From Octopus bimaculoides (Eukaryota): 64,000 bases of DNA. The notes beneath the pieces are model-generated. The model was not told the origin of the DNA. It searched no databases and worked only from the letters and a program-made list of their open reading frames with translations. The position numbers and the translations under genes were made by a program. The DNA is taken from positions 61,144,198 to 61,208,197 of the forward strand of contig NC_068985.1 in assembly GCF_001194135.2 (NCBI RefSeq), given 5' to 3'. Positions within the stretch are counted from its first letter, which is position 1; every line of letters begins with the position of its first letter. Below are positions 24,706 to 38,950 of the stretch, piece after piece.

Positions 24706-26002
24706 CATTGTTATTATTATTATACACTTTGTGGTGGGTGGTTAATGTTTTGGTTTCCTTTATTCTACCATTGCTTCTATTAGTGTGAATCAAGTAATGA
24801 ATTGCTGGTTCGCATTACAACAAACAGTAGTTTCATTTACCAACATTACATATGTTGTTCTTACTTTTGATTGTAACAAGAATCCATCAAAATTCCGCAG
24901 TGACTATTTTGGGACTAAGATATTCCTTTCTTGCATGAAGCATGTAAGAAAAGCTACCAGCAACCTAACTTCCTCTATTGTACTTATTTCTCTCTCTCTT
25001 TCTCCTCCACCCCTACTAGCAAAAGTTCTAATGTAAGGGTTTCTCATTGTCACCAGACATCTCCACCCTACCACAATCTCCCATCTTACTTCTTAAGATT
25101 AGGTCCCAAACTCTGAGTCAGAATTCCCTTAAAACAACAGAAAAGGGTAGAGACTGCTTCAAGAATGTTCTCTTATCAATTTTGTGTTTAACAGGCAAAG
25201 ATAAATGGAATTACTTGTTTCCTTTTCTACCTTATCTTAATGAAATTACCTCAGATAATGAGTGACAAAAACTTCCAACTTTCTTCCCACCAACCTACTC
25301 GAAACCTTTGGGAATGATACAAAACCTCTTATTTTGAAAAATATTTATGTTTAAATTAAACTCTCCTTTATAATTTCATGCACATACCACCTTAATAAAG
25401 AGAAGGTTATTTTACTAAGGTCTTCCAAGTTCTGGATTATTTAAAAACTAATCAAAATAAAAATCTTTTTCTTATATTATTACAGTAGAATTTATAATTT
25501 TTTTTTTTTAGCTACAATGCCTGGACTGTAGCTATACTGAGGCACCACCATCAAGAATATGCTCACAAAAAGATTAAAACCAGATAGAACAAAAAAATAA
25601 AATAGGGAAATTCATTGACAAACAAAAAGTTTTAAGAGAAATGATATTCTACATGGTCTCTGTAATATGAAAATATGTTGATTATCATATCCTTGCACAG
25701 TTGGCAACTGGTTAACAATAGCAGCCAAATCTCCCCCAACAAACTCCCAACTTGAAAAAAGGGGAAAGATAATGTATTCCTACATACACCTTAAAAAATA
25801 CAAGTTGATAGTGATTTATTTCCTTTGATCATGTAGATTTGCACTGACCTTGAACTAAACAATAATAGCTATCTTTATTGTAAATTAAAACATTTCTGAA
25901 AATTAATTTGGAATCTAACAAAATAAAAGTTGTCTGTTACTGGATGTCACATAAACAATCTGATTTAACATTGGGAAAAGTGTCTTGAGAAATTCAGAGT
26001 AC

Positions 26003-26061
26003 CTTTTCTGCCTTTACACTTTGGAGTAAAAGACTGATAAACATCTAAGTGACTGGTTTTT
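26003..26061 (-). CDS. Putative host exon
   Basis: Acceptor TTTCTTCTTTTATAG, donor AAG|GTACTC. KTSHLDVYQSFTPKCKGRK(G). Phase 1 end matches the next exon. Confidence 0.6.
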
Positions 26062-26314
26062 CTATAAAAGAAGAAATTTTTAAAAACCCAACTCTTCATA
26101 ACATTTTCGTGGGTAACTTGACAAGAATAGCTTTAACATTAACAAACATCTAATCTCAATCTTAAAAACTTATGCAAAACTACTACTACAATAACCTCTT
26201 TTACTGCAGCAAAGTTATATATATATACATACATACATACATACAAGCATATCTATATATATATACACACGCACACACATGCACACATATGTATACAGTA
26301 CATACAAATACACT

Positions 26315-26503
26315 CTTCTCTTACTCTTTTGCTTGTTTCAGTCATTTGACTGCGGCCATGCTGGAGCACCACCTTTTAGTCGAGCAAATCGACCCCAGGA
26401 CTTATTCTTTGTAAGCCTAGTACTTATTCTATTGGTCTCTTTTGCCGAACTGCTAAGTTACGGGGATGTAAACACACCAGCATTGGTTTTTAAGCGATGT
26501 TGT

Positions 26504-26572
<69 letters not shown>

Positions 26573-26737
26573 CGACAGGCTTCTTTCAGTTTCCATCTAC
26601 CAAATCCACTCACAAGGCTTTGGTCAGCCCGAGGCTATAGTAGATGACACTTTGCCCAAGGTGCCACGCAGTGGGACTGGACCCGGAATCATGTGGTTGG
26701 TAAACAAGCTACTTACCACACAGCCACTCCTGCGCCT
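26315..26737 (-). mobile_element. Near full-length tRNA-derived SINE with central (CA)n(TA)n
   Basis: Head AGGCGCAGGAGTGGCTGTGTGGTAAG (A-box-like) and B-box-like region. Colinear with 33245-33645. Confidence 0.85.
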
Positions 26738-27054
26738 ACACATATCCATAGATATAAAAACATGTATAAATATATAAATACATACATGCACTGCAAACCT
26801 TTCTTTTTAATATCATGAATGTTTTTATTCTACTGTTTTAAAAAATGGCTTAAAATTTCAAAAGATTTATTTGTTAAAATAGCAATTACAAAAACAAAAT
26901 AAGATTTAATGAAATTTATATTAAATTTTCTGCTAAGATTCTATTTTAATCTAAAAGATACATTTTAACTCTTGTAAAACTTCAAATTCCTCAAAATTAA
27001 GATACAGTCACTTTTTGTTTCTATGAAGTACAAAATGTGTAAAACACATCTCAC

Positions 27055-27175
27055 ACCTCCACATCCATCAATTCCCACAGAGCAGCATGCTGATAGCAAT
27101 CTTATAAAAGGAAGTAATTCTTGTCTAAATTTTCGGTCATAATTAGTAGTTAATTTTTTAACTGAGGAATCTTTT
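27055..27175 (-). CDS. Putative host exon
   Basis: KDSSVKKLTTNYDRKFRQELLPFIRLLSACCSVGIDGCGG, acceptor GTTTATTAG, donor GGT|GTGAGA. Phase does not join 26061 directly. Confidence 0.45.
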
Positions 27176-27212
27176 CTAATAAACATGGACAATCACAAAT
27201 TCTAATGACTAG

Positions 27213-27245
<33 letters not shown>

Positions 27246-27820
27246 ATCACACACACACACACACGAGTGTATACATATACATACATGAAGTCATTCGAAG
27301 CCCATGGCTTAGTGGTTGTGGTATTGGATTCATGATCAAGAGGTCATAGATTTAATTCTCAAGCAGGAAGAGACATTGAGTCCTCACCACTCAACTAAAA
27401 ATGGGTTCTAGCACCAGTTAAGAGTTAACCCTGTGATAATGTACAGGCATCGAATTCAGGGATGAAGCCTTGTACTCTCATGTGCCTATCACCTCAAAAA
27501 CCTGAATACATTCCATCTTCATTTGATATCCACTCTCCATGCTGGCATGGGTTGGACAGGTCATTATAATCTGAGTTAGTTCTTCAGAGCTATTACCCAT
27601 CTAAACAGCTAAGAGGACCACATATTTCAGTTATATTTCCTTTCTGGCTTGGTTTCTATGGCTGGATGCCCTTTCTAATACTAAACACTTTATAGAAAAC
27701 ACTAGGTACCCTTTTTTCATGGCACCAGCACAAGCAAAGTCACTATGCTGCTTGCAAGACATAGATTGAGAGAGAGGGAGAGAGAGAAAGTGAGAAAGAG
27801 AGAGAGAGTGGGTGCATGCA

Positions 27821-27865
<45 letters not shown>

Positions 27866-28127
27866 AACAGCCCAGCCATGCCAGCATGGAGCATGGTCAT
27901 TAACTTTTTTGTCGCCATATTTCTCTTGGAATACACTACTTTTCTTTTTCTACTTTTAATTTTGAAATCAATGAAGAATTTAGTAAAATAACTTTGCCAT
28001 TATCAAGATGGTATTTCAAACATAAATTAATATAAAATGTTGATGGATGGTTTTGATTTAGATCCTTTAAAACAGGAAACTTATATCATAGAAACAGGGG
28101 CTAGTTGGTGTCAAAAGAGTATGATGA

Positions 28128-28272
28128 GTGGTTGGCGTTAGGAAGGGCATCCAGCTGTAGAAACTGCCAAATTAGATTGGAGCCTGGTGTTGCCATCCGG
28201 TTTCACCAGTCCTCAGTCAAATCGTCCAACCCATGCTAGCATGGAAAGCGGACGTTAAACGATGATGATGAT
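28128..28272 (+). mobile_element. RTE-tailed SINE-like fragment
   Basis: TTGGCGTTAGGAAGGGCATCCAGC...CCCATGCTAGCATGGAAAGCGGACGTTAAAC followed by (GAT)n. Confidence 0.8.
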
Positions 28273-28619
28273 ATGTATATTATTCATGCAGATACACACA
28301 TGCACACTGTTAATCCCAAGAAGTCCTTAGTTCATCCTATTGATATTAAATGCTTTTCAAAAGTCTATTTAAAATGTGTGATTGAAGCGGTTGTAGGAGG
28401 TTACAAAATTAAAATTAAAGTGAATCTAAGTCATATATATGTGTTTTAAATGGCTGCCATAACATGGCTCCTCCATTGTTTCATCCCACTTCAAATCATG
28501 TCACTAGCTAAACAACAACTATAAAAGTTCTCATAAACAGAGCAGTAAATGCCAAAATCCATAAATGAATATATCTCAATAAATCTCAGTGTCAAATATT
28601 CTAAAGCACAGTTGAAATA

Positions 28620-28678
28620 GTGCAACCTAATATACATTATTTTTAGAGTATTGAGCACTCTGTGTCTACAACAAAGAT
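28620..28678 (-). CDS. Possible host exon start
   Basis: A 63-codon open frame begins exactly at acceptor ACATCTTTCAG (YLCCRHRVLNTLKI...). Donor uncertain. Confidence 0.3.
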
Positions 28679-31600
28679 ACACTGAAAGATGTATCTCACT
28701 GTCAAAATCTGAGGTTTTTTAGTTCTTTCCTACAATCATATTGTTTCAAATCAATATATTTACAAGTAGAAAAATCACTCTAGCAGGCTGGCAAATATAT
28801 CCCATTCAAATTTACAGATTACTGAAGTCATGTTATTAGCAGACACTGTTCAAGTAAATAAAGTAAAATTATTGCAATTGGAAGTCAATTTCTATGTAAG
28901 AGTTAATCCAAAACTTTTCACTATTCTTTGGCTCCTTCTTTCCATTTTTCACAAATCTTCATTTTAAGAACCATTTTTCCATGTGTCATGGAATTGGTTG
29001 AGACAGCTTTTTTACAACTGGATGTTCTTTCTGTCACCAATCCTTACCTTTTTTCCAAATAATGTTACATTTCTCCTTCATAGAAGACTAGTAATTATCA
29101 ACATCACTTGTATGACTGAGCTGCTCATTTGTAACTACCACATAACGTCAAAACAGAGAGGTTCACACATACACACACACACCACACATATGGGATTCTT
29201 TTAGTTTCTATTTACCAAATCCACTTATAAGGCTTTGATTGACCCAGAGCTATAGTAGAAGGCACTTACGCAAAGAGCTGTGCAGTTGAACTGAACCTGA
29301 GACCACATGGTTGCAAAGAAAACTTCTTGACCATGTGGCCATGCCTACTCAAAACATAAAAGCAAAGATGTTTCTTTGTAATATTTACGTCATATTGAAG
29401 TGTCACTACTCTGGACGTTACTTCTGTCTACCAAAGACATAACTAAAAACTGTATCTATCTGTGGAACCAAAGATGTGGTATTATTGCTGCTTTTTAAAT
29501 GGATCTATGACATTCTCTCTTCTCTATCTCTAAAACTACACCCATAATAAGGAATGAGAAATAAACTTAACTGACATTTTTCTATTGACTCTATTTATTT
29601 GTTGTTGTTGTTGTTGTTATTATTACTTGATACTCAAATGTCAAACTGACTTCTTTTAATTGTTTAAGTAATGGTGTATCCTTTTATATTTGTTTATTTC
29701 TAAACCAACCCCACCCATCACTGCCACCATGCTCCTTCTCCCCTTTCATTTCCTTTTTTATTTGACACTAATATTGGGTTAAGGTTTCTGCTTTTGAAAT
29801 TTCTATACATGTATGTATTTATTGTTGTTGTTGTTGTTATTATTATTATTAGGGCTTTGTAAGAAGTAAGGGAATTATTAACTTCTTAAGGTTGAATTGG
29901 GAAGCCTGTTTCACAACCATCCTACTCCTACCAAACTACACACACAACTGCTACTGAAGGTATCTCTGATTTCATATAAATAACCATATTTTTTACTTCT
30001 CTATTGACTTTTTTCATTCCAGTATGTATTCCTGTTACTAATTTTAGGCGAAACCTTATTTGTTCCTCTAAGAATTTTAAAAACATTTTCTTTTTCTAGT
30101 TGTTTTTTCAACTTTTTCTAGTTGCAATCTTGAAAATGTCCTGTTTTTTATTAGCTAAATCTTTGACCCTGTCAAAGATTTCATTTTGTTCCCAGTAATG
30201 TTTTATGACAACTAATCTTACCAAGCCTAAACCCTTCTGAATTATTGACTACAGCAGGAGATTGCAGGTATGAAGTTTATGTGAAACATCTCAGAACAAA
30301 ATTAACCCTACACTGCAGACTTAGCTTGTCAGCAACTTATTTGCATTTTCTGCATCAGTTTAAACTGTATTTTATACTGCACTGCACAACAATGGTGAGT
30401 CTATACAGTTGCACAACCTACTGGAAATAGCATCTTGCAATTACAACTTATTGTTTTAGGAAAGGAAGGGAACATTAAATAATGTAGTCCTAGAGACACT
30501 ATATTTGAATAAAAAGAGGAGAGAATTTTGACTTTGATTATCAATTTGTTCAATCCATGTTGACTTCAGGTTATACAACAATCATCCACATTATGTTCTA
30601 TATTTGTTACTGGTGTTAGTGGAGGCCACAGACTATGAAGAAGCAAGAGGAGGGTATATAGAGATTATATATTGGTTCTTAATTGATAAAGATATTTCAC
30701 CACAGATTCTTGTGTGCACTGCTTGTCATTGCATCATGTGTCACAGTAGGTAAGCTGTTAGTGGAATTGTCAAAGAATTAAGGAAATTCAGTTTCTCCTT
30801 GGATATCAGACAAGACCAGTTGAATTCTGCTCTCCAAATTTAATAAAATACAATCAGTTGTAGCAGTTTTTTTCTATTTAACCAAGTCAACCCAGTTGGA
30901 CAAACCTTTTTTTAATAATTTCAGTATATCTAGAATTGCTTTGCTTTCAGACTGTAGTGTGTGATGAGAAGGAGGATTTAGTTGTTAATTCTAGCAAGCT
31001 GAGTTGTAATGTTAATTACCATATTTAAATAAAAAGGCAACTAGCAGAGAACTAGAATTGAGAGGAATTGAACCAGGACTTCTAAATTTTGATAATCTAT
31101 CCACCAGTCTACAGGTCCGCCATTTCTGAACAACACAGAAGTCCTTCCTGTGGGAAAAAATGAAATTTCAAGGCTATTTTGAAAGTTGATTCTAGTTCAA
31201 AGTTTGACAGCTAACATGTAAGATGACAGACATGTAGCAGATATTTTTTTTCTTTTTAAAAAAAAAATTTATGTACAACATACTGATCTAAGTTTCTGGC
31301 TGAATAAGTCACAGCCAAAACATACCAAAAATTGTCAAATATATAGTTGTATTATCTGTCATCAACATTTATCAGAAATAGTGATTACACAACTATACTA
31401 GATAATTTTATGCTACTAAGCAGTATAATGATCTACTATTTTCAGTTTAACTTTCACTGGCTTTCATTGTCTTTCTCTTTCATCCCTTCTCTCAAACCAG
31501 GTGATATTTCATTAACAAAACTCTGTCTTCCCATATTTGTATATGGGCATCTTCAATTTGAAACTCATGTATTTCTATTTTGTTGGATGATTAAGTTTTA

Positions 31601-33244
31601 GCCTATTGCCATAAAGGGATAAAACTTAATGCACCATCAAACACTAGTATATAGAGACACAGACCTACACAATGGTACATACATATTCAAACGTTTTTCC
31701 ATGCTAGCATGAGTTAAATAAATATATTACTGAGATATCATTGTTTTACAGTCAGATGCCCTTCCTGTTGCTAACATTTACCTACCTATTTTTCAAGTAA
31801 GGGATGTCTTATTCCAACAACTTTGAAGGCATGAAGTGAGCAGATGATTCATTAACAGAAGTGACAACAACACACATGGCTTTTGTAGAGCATAAATATA
31901 AATACACATATACAATAACGCTTTTTTTCAGTCTCTGTTTACCAAATTCTCTCAAAAGGCTTTGATTGGCCTAAGTCTATAGAAGAGGACACTTGTCCAA
32001 GGTACTGTGCAAAGGAACTGAACTCAAAATGGCATTGGTTTGGAAAACAATTGTCGGATCTTTTCAGTTGTAACAGTTTTTGAAATTTTTAAATTGATTG
32101 AAAATTTTCATTCCAGAGGTCACAAAGTCTCCAGAGAAAACAAGACAAAAAGGTGGAATTCTCTCTATCCCTGCATGTAAGGGAATGCATATGCTGAAGT
32201 ATTTTATGTAATGCATTCGTGGATAGTTGATGGGTTGGATGTGATGCTAATGGAATCGCAATAACTGTTGAAATATGTACATACACCCATTACCTATTTT
32301 TTCTAACATCGACCACCTTGTTTACACAGATGTATTTGTAAATGAAATGTCATAACTTGCAGTGCTGGCATTGAATTCTATAGAACATCTATAAAAATAA
32401 ACTTGAAAATGAGAACATCGCACTGCTAACACAAAAGTAAAACACATTGACTTGTAAACCTTTAATATACTTGGTAATATACATGGTTGTAAAACAAAAT
32501 ACTGTTCTTGCTAACAATTAATAAAGGATCACTGTTATACCTTCTTTGTGCTTAACAACTTCTCACCAACATTTAAATCGATTAAATAAAGAAATGTAAA
32601 TTCATTAATATGTATGTAAGGAGGAAATTAGGCAAAAGCCTGACAAACCAGCAATATTTCTGTTTGTAAACAAGTCACTTTACAACTATGTTTTGTTGCC
32701 AAACTATCCAACTGTACAACAGATACTAGTTCCATATCAAGTTAAAGTGTTAGCATCATGAAAGGAATGTGTTGACTCATTCAAGTCATGGTATTGGTAA
32801 GAAAAAAAAAACTATGTAATAAAGTAAGAAGCAGTCAGAATTTCCATTCTCATAACATTTTCATAGATGCTACACTAAAACTTGTGTCTATGTGTAATAT
32901 ATAGAAGTATCAGCTGCCATTTGAACAGTGGCTTCTACATTTAATCAGATAAATTCAATCGCCACAGTAACTTCTCGAGTGAACTGACAATAAAAATATG
33001 CTTCATAGAAACTTAATCAAAAACCCTGTGTGAAGAAAATGTGAAGGCTTCAGATCAGTTTTATTGATAAAAGTAAAAATATCTACAATTATACGGGAAA
33101 GTTATACAAGATTAGAAATTGTTCTAATTAATATTATTATTAGGCTGATGGGTTGGCAAAGCAGAACATTGTATTTAGCTGTATCTGCATTGCCTTTTGA
33201 GAAGTAGCAAGGTGACAGAATCATTACTGTGTCAGACAAAATGC

Positions 33245-33645
33245 TTACTCTTTTACTTGTTTCAGTCATTTGGCTGTGGCCATGATGGAGCACCGCCTTT
33301 AGTCAAGCAAATCGACCCCAGGACTCATTCTTTGGAAGCCTAGTACTTATTCTATCAGTCTCTTTTGCTGAACCGCCAGGTTATGGGGACGTAAACACAC
33401 CACCATCAGTTGTCAAGCGATGTTGGGGGGACAAACACAGACACACAAACATATACACACACATACATATGTATATACATATATACGACGGTCTTCATTC
33501 AGTTTACGTCTACCAAATCCACTCACAAAGCTTTGGTCGGCCCGAGGCTATAGTAGAAGACACTTGCCCAAGGTGCCACGCAGTGGGAATGAACCTGGAA
33601 CCATGTGGCTGGTAAGCAAGGTACTTATCACACAGCCACTCCTGC
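33245..33645 (-). mobile_element. Near full-length tRNA-derived SINE
   Basis: Colinear with 26315-26737. Immediately followed by a second-family SINE at 33645-33790 (+). Confidence 0.85.
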
Positions 33646-33849
33646 TTAGCAGCATTTCACCCACCTTTATGTTTCGAGTTCAAATTCCACCCAGGTCAAC
33701 TTTGCCTTTCATCTTTTTTGGGTTGATAAAATAAGTACCAATCAAGTACTGGAGTTGATGTAATTAACTAATCCGTCCCCCAAATTCTAGGCCTTCACTA
33801 TGAGAAACAAAAAGTAAAAGAAAACAAGCTTGTTTTTAACACAAGTGAT

Positions 33850-36104
33850 GTTGAAATTGTTCACAAGGCAGAATGTTTCAACAATTCTATTAACTACAAT
33901 AACACACAGTTTGAAGTGGAACAGACTAGAAAAGTGTGAACAGCAACAACAGCAATATCAATAACAACAATAACAACACATTTCAGGAGCAAATTTTTAA
34001 CAAAGAAGATGAAACCACATCCTCCACTACAAATAACAACAACAGCAACAACAAGAAATCCAACACATCTTTCACCAAAATTATTGCAGAGATGGGTGGA
34101 GCACTCTTTCAACAGTGATTTTGGTAAAAAAAATTCCTGAAAATGCTTGGCAAAACCTAATCGCATTTTACCACCAGGCGAAAAATATCAGATTACAAAA
34201 AGAACTGTGATCTATAATTGTGTTAATAAAAAGACCAGGCAGAAAAATACCTGAAAGATGCCTGGGTTCCAGTTTGGCACATCAGAAGACGGAGAGATTT
34301 TGGATCTCTCGTTGCTATATGCTACAGCAAAAAGCAGTGAAGAAGATGGCCTTGCACACTTGTTCCTAAGATGAACATATTTTCATCCTATTTTATCTGG
34401 GGAGATGAGCAAATAAGATTACTTTTTCAAATGTGCCTTCAGTATTTTGGAATGGTACTAGATGAATATAATGACATTTTAACTTTGAAATTCACCCTGA
34501 CTGTGTGAAAGTGGAAATGCTGTTGACTGCAAAAAAACTTCCATAGGGTCCTTGACATAATTTACATGGAAGGTGTAAAACCTATAAGAATTGTGGTTGA
34601 AGGCAGAAAGGCAAAGTGTTACACCTGTGAAAGTACAACCCATTAAAAGGCTTTCTACCCTCAAAGAAACTGAAACCATCCTTGTTGACAACTCCACAAT
34701 TGCATCTGCAACAACCCCATGAGCAGGTGAGGACCCTTACACCCAAACCTTGGGAGCAGAAAAGTCCCCACCCCTGCTCCCACTGAAGAGGAAGCTCTTC
34801 CCAAACTTCTTGCTTCACAAACCAACAATGACTCAAATTCCTCTTTTGGTCAGATTTCTCTAGAATCAACTTTCCCACCGATTTCTTGGGGTTGACTTCG
34901 AGAAGAAAGATCAGGCCAAAAGATGGCAAACAGTTTCCCAAAAAAAACCAAAGTGGAAAAGGAGGAGGGTATGGTGCCCTTCTCAGAGACCTCAACAAAA
35001 ACAACTACAAACACAAAAACCACATCTACAGCCCATTTCACAACCATTCCAACAACAACAGCAACATCATCAACAACAGCATTGAGAGTGGACAGTGGTG
35101 TAGCAGTGCTATTCTGGAAATCATTAAACCTCAAGGTATGAGCAATCTTCTTTGACCTGGACAGTAAGGTGATGCTGGACATGGATGGCAACAATAGTGG
35201 TGCCTTCAGACTGGTGGCTATTTGTGTCCCAACAGAGGCTGGAAGGCCAGATTTCTTCAGGCATCTAGAAACATTCCTGGAAATGTCTCACACTTTAGTA
35301 CCAGTGGGGGACTGGAATAGTATTTTGGATGTATGGAAGGACTGTGTGGGTCTAGTATATAAACAGAAGCGGGTGTAAAAACCTTGTAAACATGCTCAGA
35401 AACTTCTAGCTGTCTGACAGGTACTGACTAGATTTTCCTGATATGCCAATGTGAACATGGAGTAACCACAACAGGTCATCCAGATCATATCTAGATAGAG
35501 TTTGTTAGGTCAGTGGATGGGGAAAGCATAGGTTGTCCACAATTCAAATTAGTTGGCTACACAGAACTCAAATTTGTGATCTGCAGTCAATTGAGATAGG
35601 ATTCGTATACAGAGCCAGGGTTACTGGAAGTTGAACAAGCATTGCTAACTTGTGAAATCATGTTGAATAGTTGCTGTCATATATGGGATGGATTCATCTA
35701 TCAGCCAAGTCCATAGTAATTATTGCCCTACTGCCCACCTTTAATCAAGCAGTTTTCCTTTTCCTGGTGGTTGTGGCAAAAGAAGTTGTCTAGTAGACAG
35801 GGTTGAAAGGCATGAGGACGAACATTCCTCTTTGGTAGAGTCCTCATCGACTTTTTCAAGTTTTATTTGAAAAGGAAAGTGGGGGTGAAGAGGGAGTTGC
35901 TGTTCTCAAGTGAATTTATTGAAAGGTGGATGAAAGTTGCAAAAATAGCAAGAGTGGATGGTACTGCTCTGTGAGTCAGAGAAGAGGAACTGGAGAGGAT
36001 TCCATCAAGATCTCCCTGGACCCCACATATTTGTCACTGTGCTGTCCCCCTCATCCTTCATCCTGGTGGCAAGTAAAAGAAATTATCATTATTATTATTA
36101 TTAT

Positions 36105-36105
<1 letters not shown>
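33850..36105 (+). mobile_element. L1/Tx1-like LINE derivative: ORF1 + APE endonuclease + 3' end, RT absent
   Basis: ORF1 knuckle VVEGRKAKCYTCESTTH* (about 34590-34650). Endonuclease motifs GVAVLF, GDWN, SYLDR and GYWKLN (35100-35640). C-terminal FFKFYLKRK...RWMKV. (ATT)n tail. Many stops. Confidence 0.85.

Positions 36106-36106
<1 letters not shown>

Positions 36107-36190
<84 letters not shown>
36107..36190 (+). repeat. (AGT)n microsatellite
   Basis: Pure AGT run directly after the LINE (ATT)n tail. Confidence 0.95.
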
Positions 36191-36439
36191 TTTCATATTT
36201 GTTTTATTCTATTTCCATTTGTTAAAAGTTCTACCTTGGCTATGATTGAAAGGATAAAAATATTAACTCAGTGCACTGACATATACTGAGAGAGGGTATA
36301 ATATCAAAATTCAAAGGGTTATTAAACACTCATTGAAGAGGTCATTATATCAAATGAGAATTAATAGACAAATTTCTGGAGTGGATTATAATATACATAT
36401 TTAGAGGGATATCATCCGCCCTTGAATATGTATAACCCC

Positions 36440-36630
36440 TTAATCCTTTTTATATCAACTTGCCTGGGATCACCCTGATTTTCTGATACACACTTCCTGC
36501 TTTGAAGTTGTCTAAATTAAAATCTTACATCAAACTTTCACATTCATTTATTTTCCAAGCACTGGCTTAATTACGAAGTAATTGAAACAAAGACTATATG
36601 TGTACAGAATATGGTAACAAAAGGGTTACA
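36440..36630. mobile_element. piggyBac-like MITE
   Basis: Ends TTAATCCTTTT and AAAAGGGTTAC; reverse orientation of the family at 272-518. Confidence 0.6.
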
Positions 36631-36806
36631 TATGTATATCACAATCCCTTAAGTATATATTTGGTGTGACACTTTGTATTGACATAGGTTATGGAGTTAT
36701 TAACATATTTTAGTTAGTTTCAGAGAATTAACAAATCTGAAGTTTTGTATCCCCCACAAAAAAAGGAGTTATAAACAGATACAGATATAAGGGAAACAAT
36801 TCTCGA

Positions 36807-37005
36807 TTCATCATCATCATCATCACCACCGTTTAACGTCCGCTTTCCATGCTAGCATGGGTTGGACGATTTGACTGAGGACTGGTGAAACCGGATGGCA
36901 ACACCAGGCTCCAATCTAATTTGGCAGAGTTTCTACAGCCGGATGCCCTTCCTAACGCCAACCACTCAGAGAGTGTAGTGGGTGCTTTTACGTGTCACCC
37001 GCACG
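36807..37005 (-). mobile_element. RTE-tailed SINE-like element without internal array
   Basis: Well-conserved tail and body that stop at the first array unit. Confidence 0.8.
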
Positions 37006-37450
37006 TTTTGTTTTTGTTTTTGTTTTGTTTTTTATAGTTAATTTGCATTGTTAATTACATTATAAGGCACCTCGTTCTTAATCAATCAGATAAGTGCCTG
37101 TATTAGGAGCTTGCAACGACTTCCCCAGCACCACAATATTTAGGTTTCATTCTAACTGATATATCTGACTAGACATCAAACTATGTCACCACTTATAATG
37201 TAAGTCACTATCAATAGTAAAAATGTTAATATTAGTTTCAAATTCATTCAAAGGAAGAATAAAAAAAAAGGCCCTTTTACTCCTTCTTTTCACTCAGCTC
37301 ACCTTTATTTGTTCAAGAGTTTCAAAATTAATATGCAAATGAGCAGCTGACTTTAAACAAATTCACAAAGCTTTGGGTTTACTAATAATAGTCTGAGAAT
37401 AAGAAAGTAACAATTCACAGAATCAAGCAAAACAAAATGTTCAGACTATC

Positions 37451-37494
<44 letters not shown>

Positions 37495-38784
37495 CTCCTG
37501 CTTCTTGTCAAAACAATTTATAATGTCTCTTGTTTAGTGCACCAAACAACATTTTGTACAGGATTAACTAAACAGTAAAAATATACAAATTTAGCCATCT
37601 AATCTTATAGCAAAAAACAACACCACTATTATTACTACCATAGTAAGAGTAATTCTTTCTAATTTTTGCATAAGCCCAGCAATTTTGGGAGAAATGGGCA
37701 AGTTGATGGCATCAACCCCAATATTTGACTGGTACTTTAATTTTTCAATGCTGAAAGGATGAAAACAAGGTCAATCTCAGTGGTATTCAAAACATAAAGA
37801 GTCAAAAGAAATGCCGCCAAGCATTTTGTTCAGTACACTAGTGGTTCTGCCAGCTTATCACAATAATAATAGTTTCTCACTTTGGCACAAATTTGTAGGA
37901 CCATAGTAAATTATAGTCAAGTGAATAAAACAGAGTATAACTGGTACTTAATGCAAAACAAGTCAACTTGGAAAGTGTAACTGCAAAGCATTTAGTTCAC
38001 CACTTCATTCCTCACTACCATCACTAATAATAATGATGATAAACAACATCCTACAGAGACACAGGCCCTATTTATTTGATATTCATGGCTTACTCATTCA
38101 CCCAAGAAAGGTGTCATTATAACTGAACAACTAGCAGTAGTCAGCTGAAAATAAATATTTCAATGTTGTTAGTTATTCAAGGCAATGCTGGGGGTAAATA
38201 AACTGTATTTATATCCAGAAAAAGAAAATTCATCTCAAGAAACAGGAGTGGATATTTTAAGGTGGAAGGAAGAAAAGGAAGGAAAGATAGGTAGGCTATA
38301 TCAGTTATCTCCGTTCATGGTTTGTCATGAAACTGCAAAGTAAAAGAAATGGAAACTGGAGAACAAAGAGGAGAGATTACAATCTTTAATACTTAACTGT
38401 ACCAAGCGAGAGACAGCCACACATCAGTAAAACTATGTATGGACAAGACAGAGAAAGCATGCATAAATGCATGCACACACACACAATACAACTACAAACT
38501 GTAAAAAAAGGTCAGACAGCTACTGTGTGTTTGTGTATACATTTTCGTTTATTACACACTCTCACTAGAATAAATACCAACCAGTTCTATGACGCCATAC
38601 AAAAAAGTGCTTGGGACTGCAGAAATTCTGTTTCCATTTATATTTTCTTGTTTCTCACTTGAAGTATCTTGATCACAGGAAATACAATATTTTACAAATA
38701 TTTTTCAAGTGACCAACTCACTCACTCTCTCACTTCCTATACATATATGCCCCCGCCCACACACATATGCAGGCAAGGATGTAT

Positions 38785-38950
38785 ACAGGCATGTCTGTGT
38801 GGTTCAAAGTTTGCTTCCCAACAACATGGCTTTAGGTTCAGACTCACTGTATGGCACTTTGGGCAAGTGCCTTCTACTATAGACCTGGGCTGGCCCCAAA
38901 AACCAACCTTGTGAGTGGATTTGGTAGACAGAAAATGAAAGAAGCCTGTT
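38785..38950 (+). mobile_element. tRNA-derived SINE 5' part
   Basis: GGTTCAGACTC B-box-like motif then TTGGGCAAGTG...GTGAGTGGATTTGGTAGAC. Related copies near 18100, 29200, 31930, 46050, 57550 and 60750. Confidence 0.75.

Noticed and set aside
24800-25100. Minus frame with one TAG (NILVPK*SLRNFDG) possibly recoded to Trp by A-to-I editing; similar stop-interrupted frames at 32900-32985 and 42840-43075
   Set aside because: No homology or convincing splice support. Such frames are expected by chance in AT-rich DNA, and there is no RNA evidence or SECIS seen.
26690-26737. tRNA genes at SINE heads
   Set aside because: Only A/B-box-like remnants continuing into SINE bodies, with no complete cloverleaf.
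30359-30395. Plus-strand mini-exon with strong splice sites (also minus 30223-30249)
   Set aside because: Too short to assess; such pairs are frequent by chance and both strands give candidates.
34582-35194. Long ORFs at 34582-35004 (-), 34850-35194 (-) and 34886-35155 (+)
   Set aside because: Off-frame or antisense readings of the low-complexity LINE ORF1/ORF2 junction.
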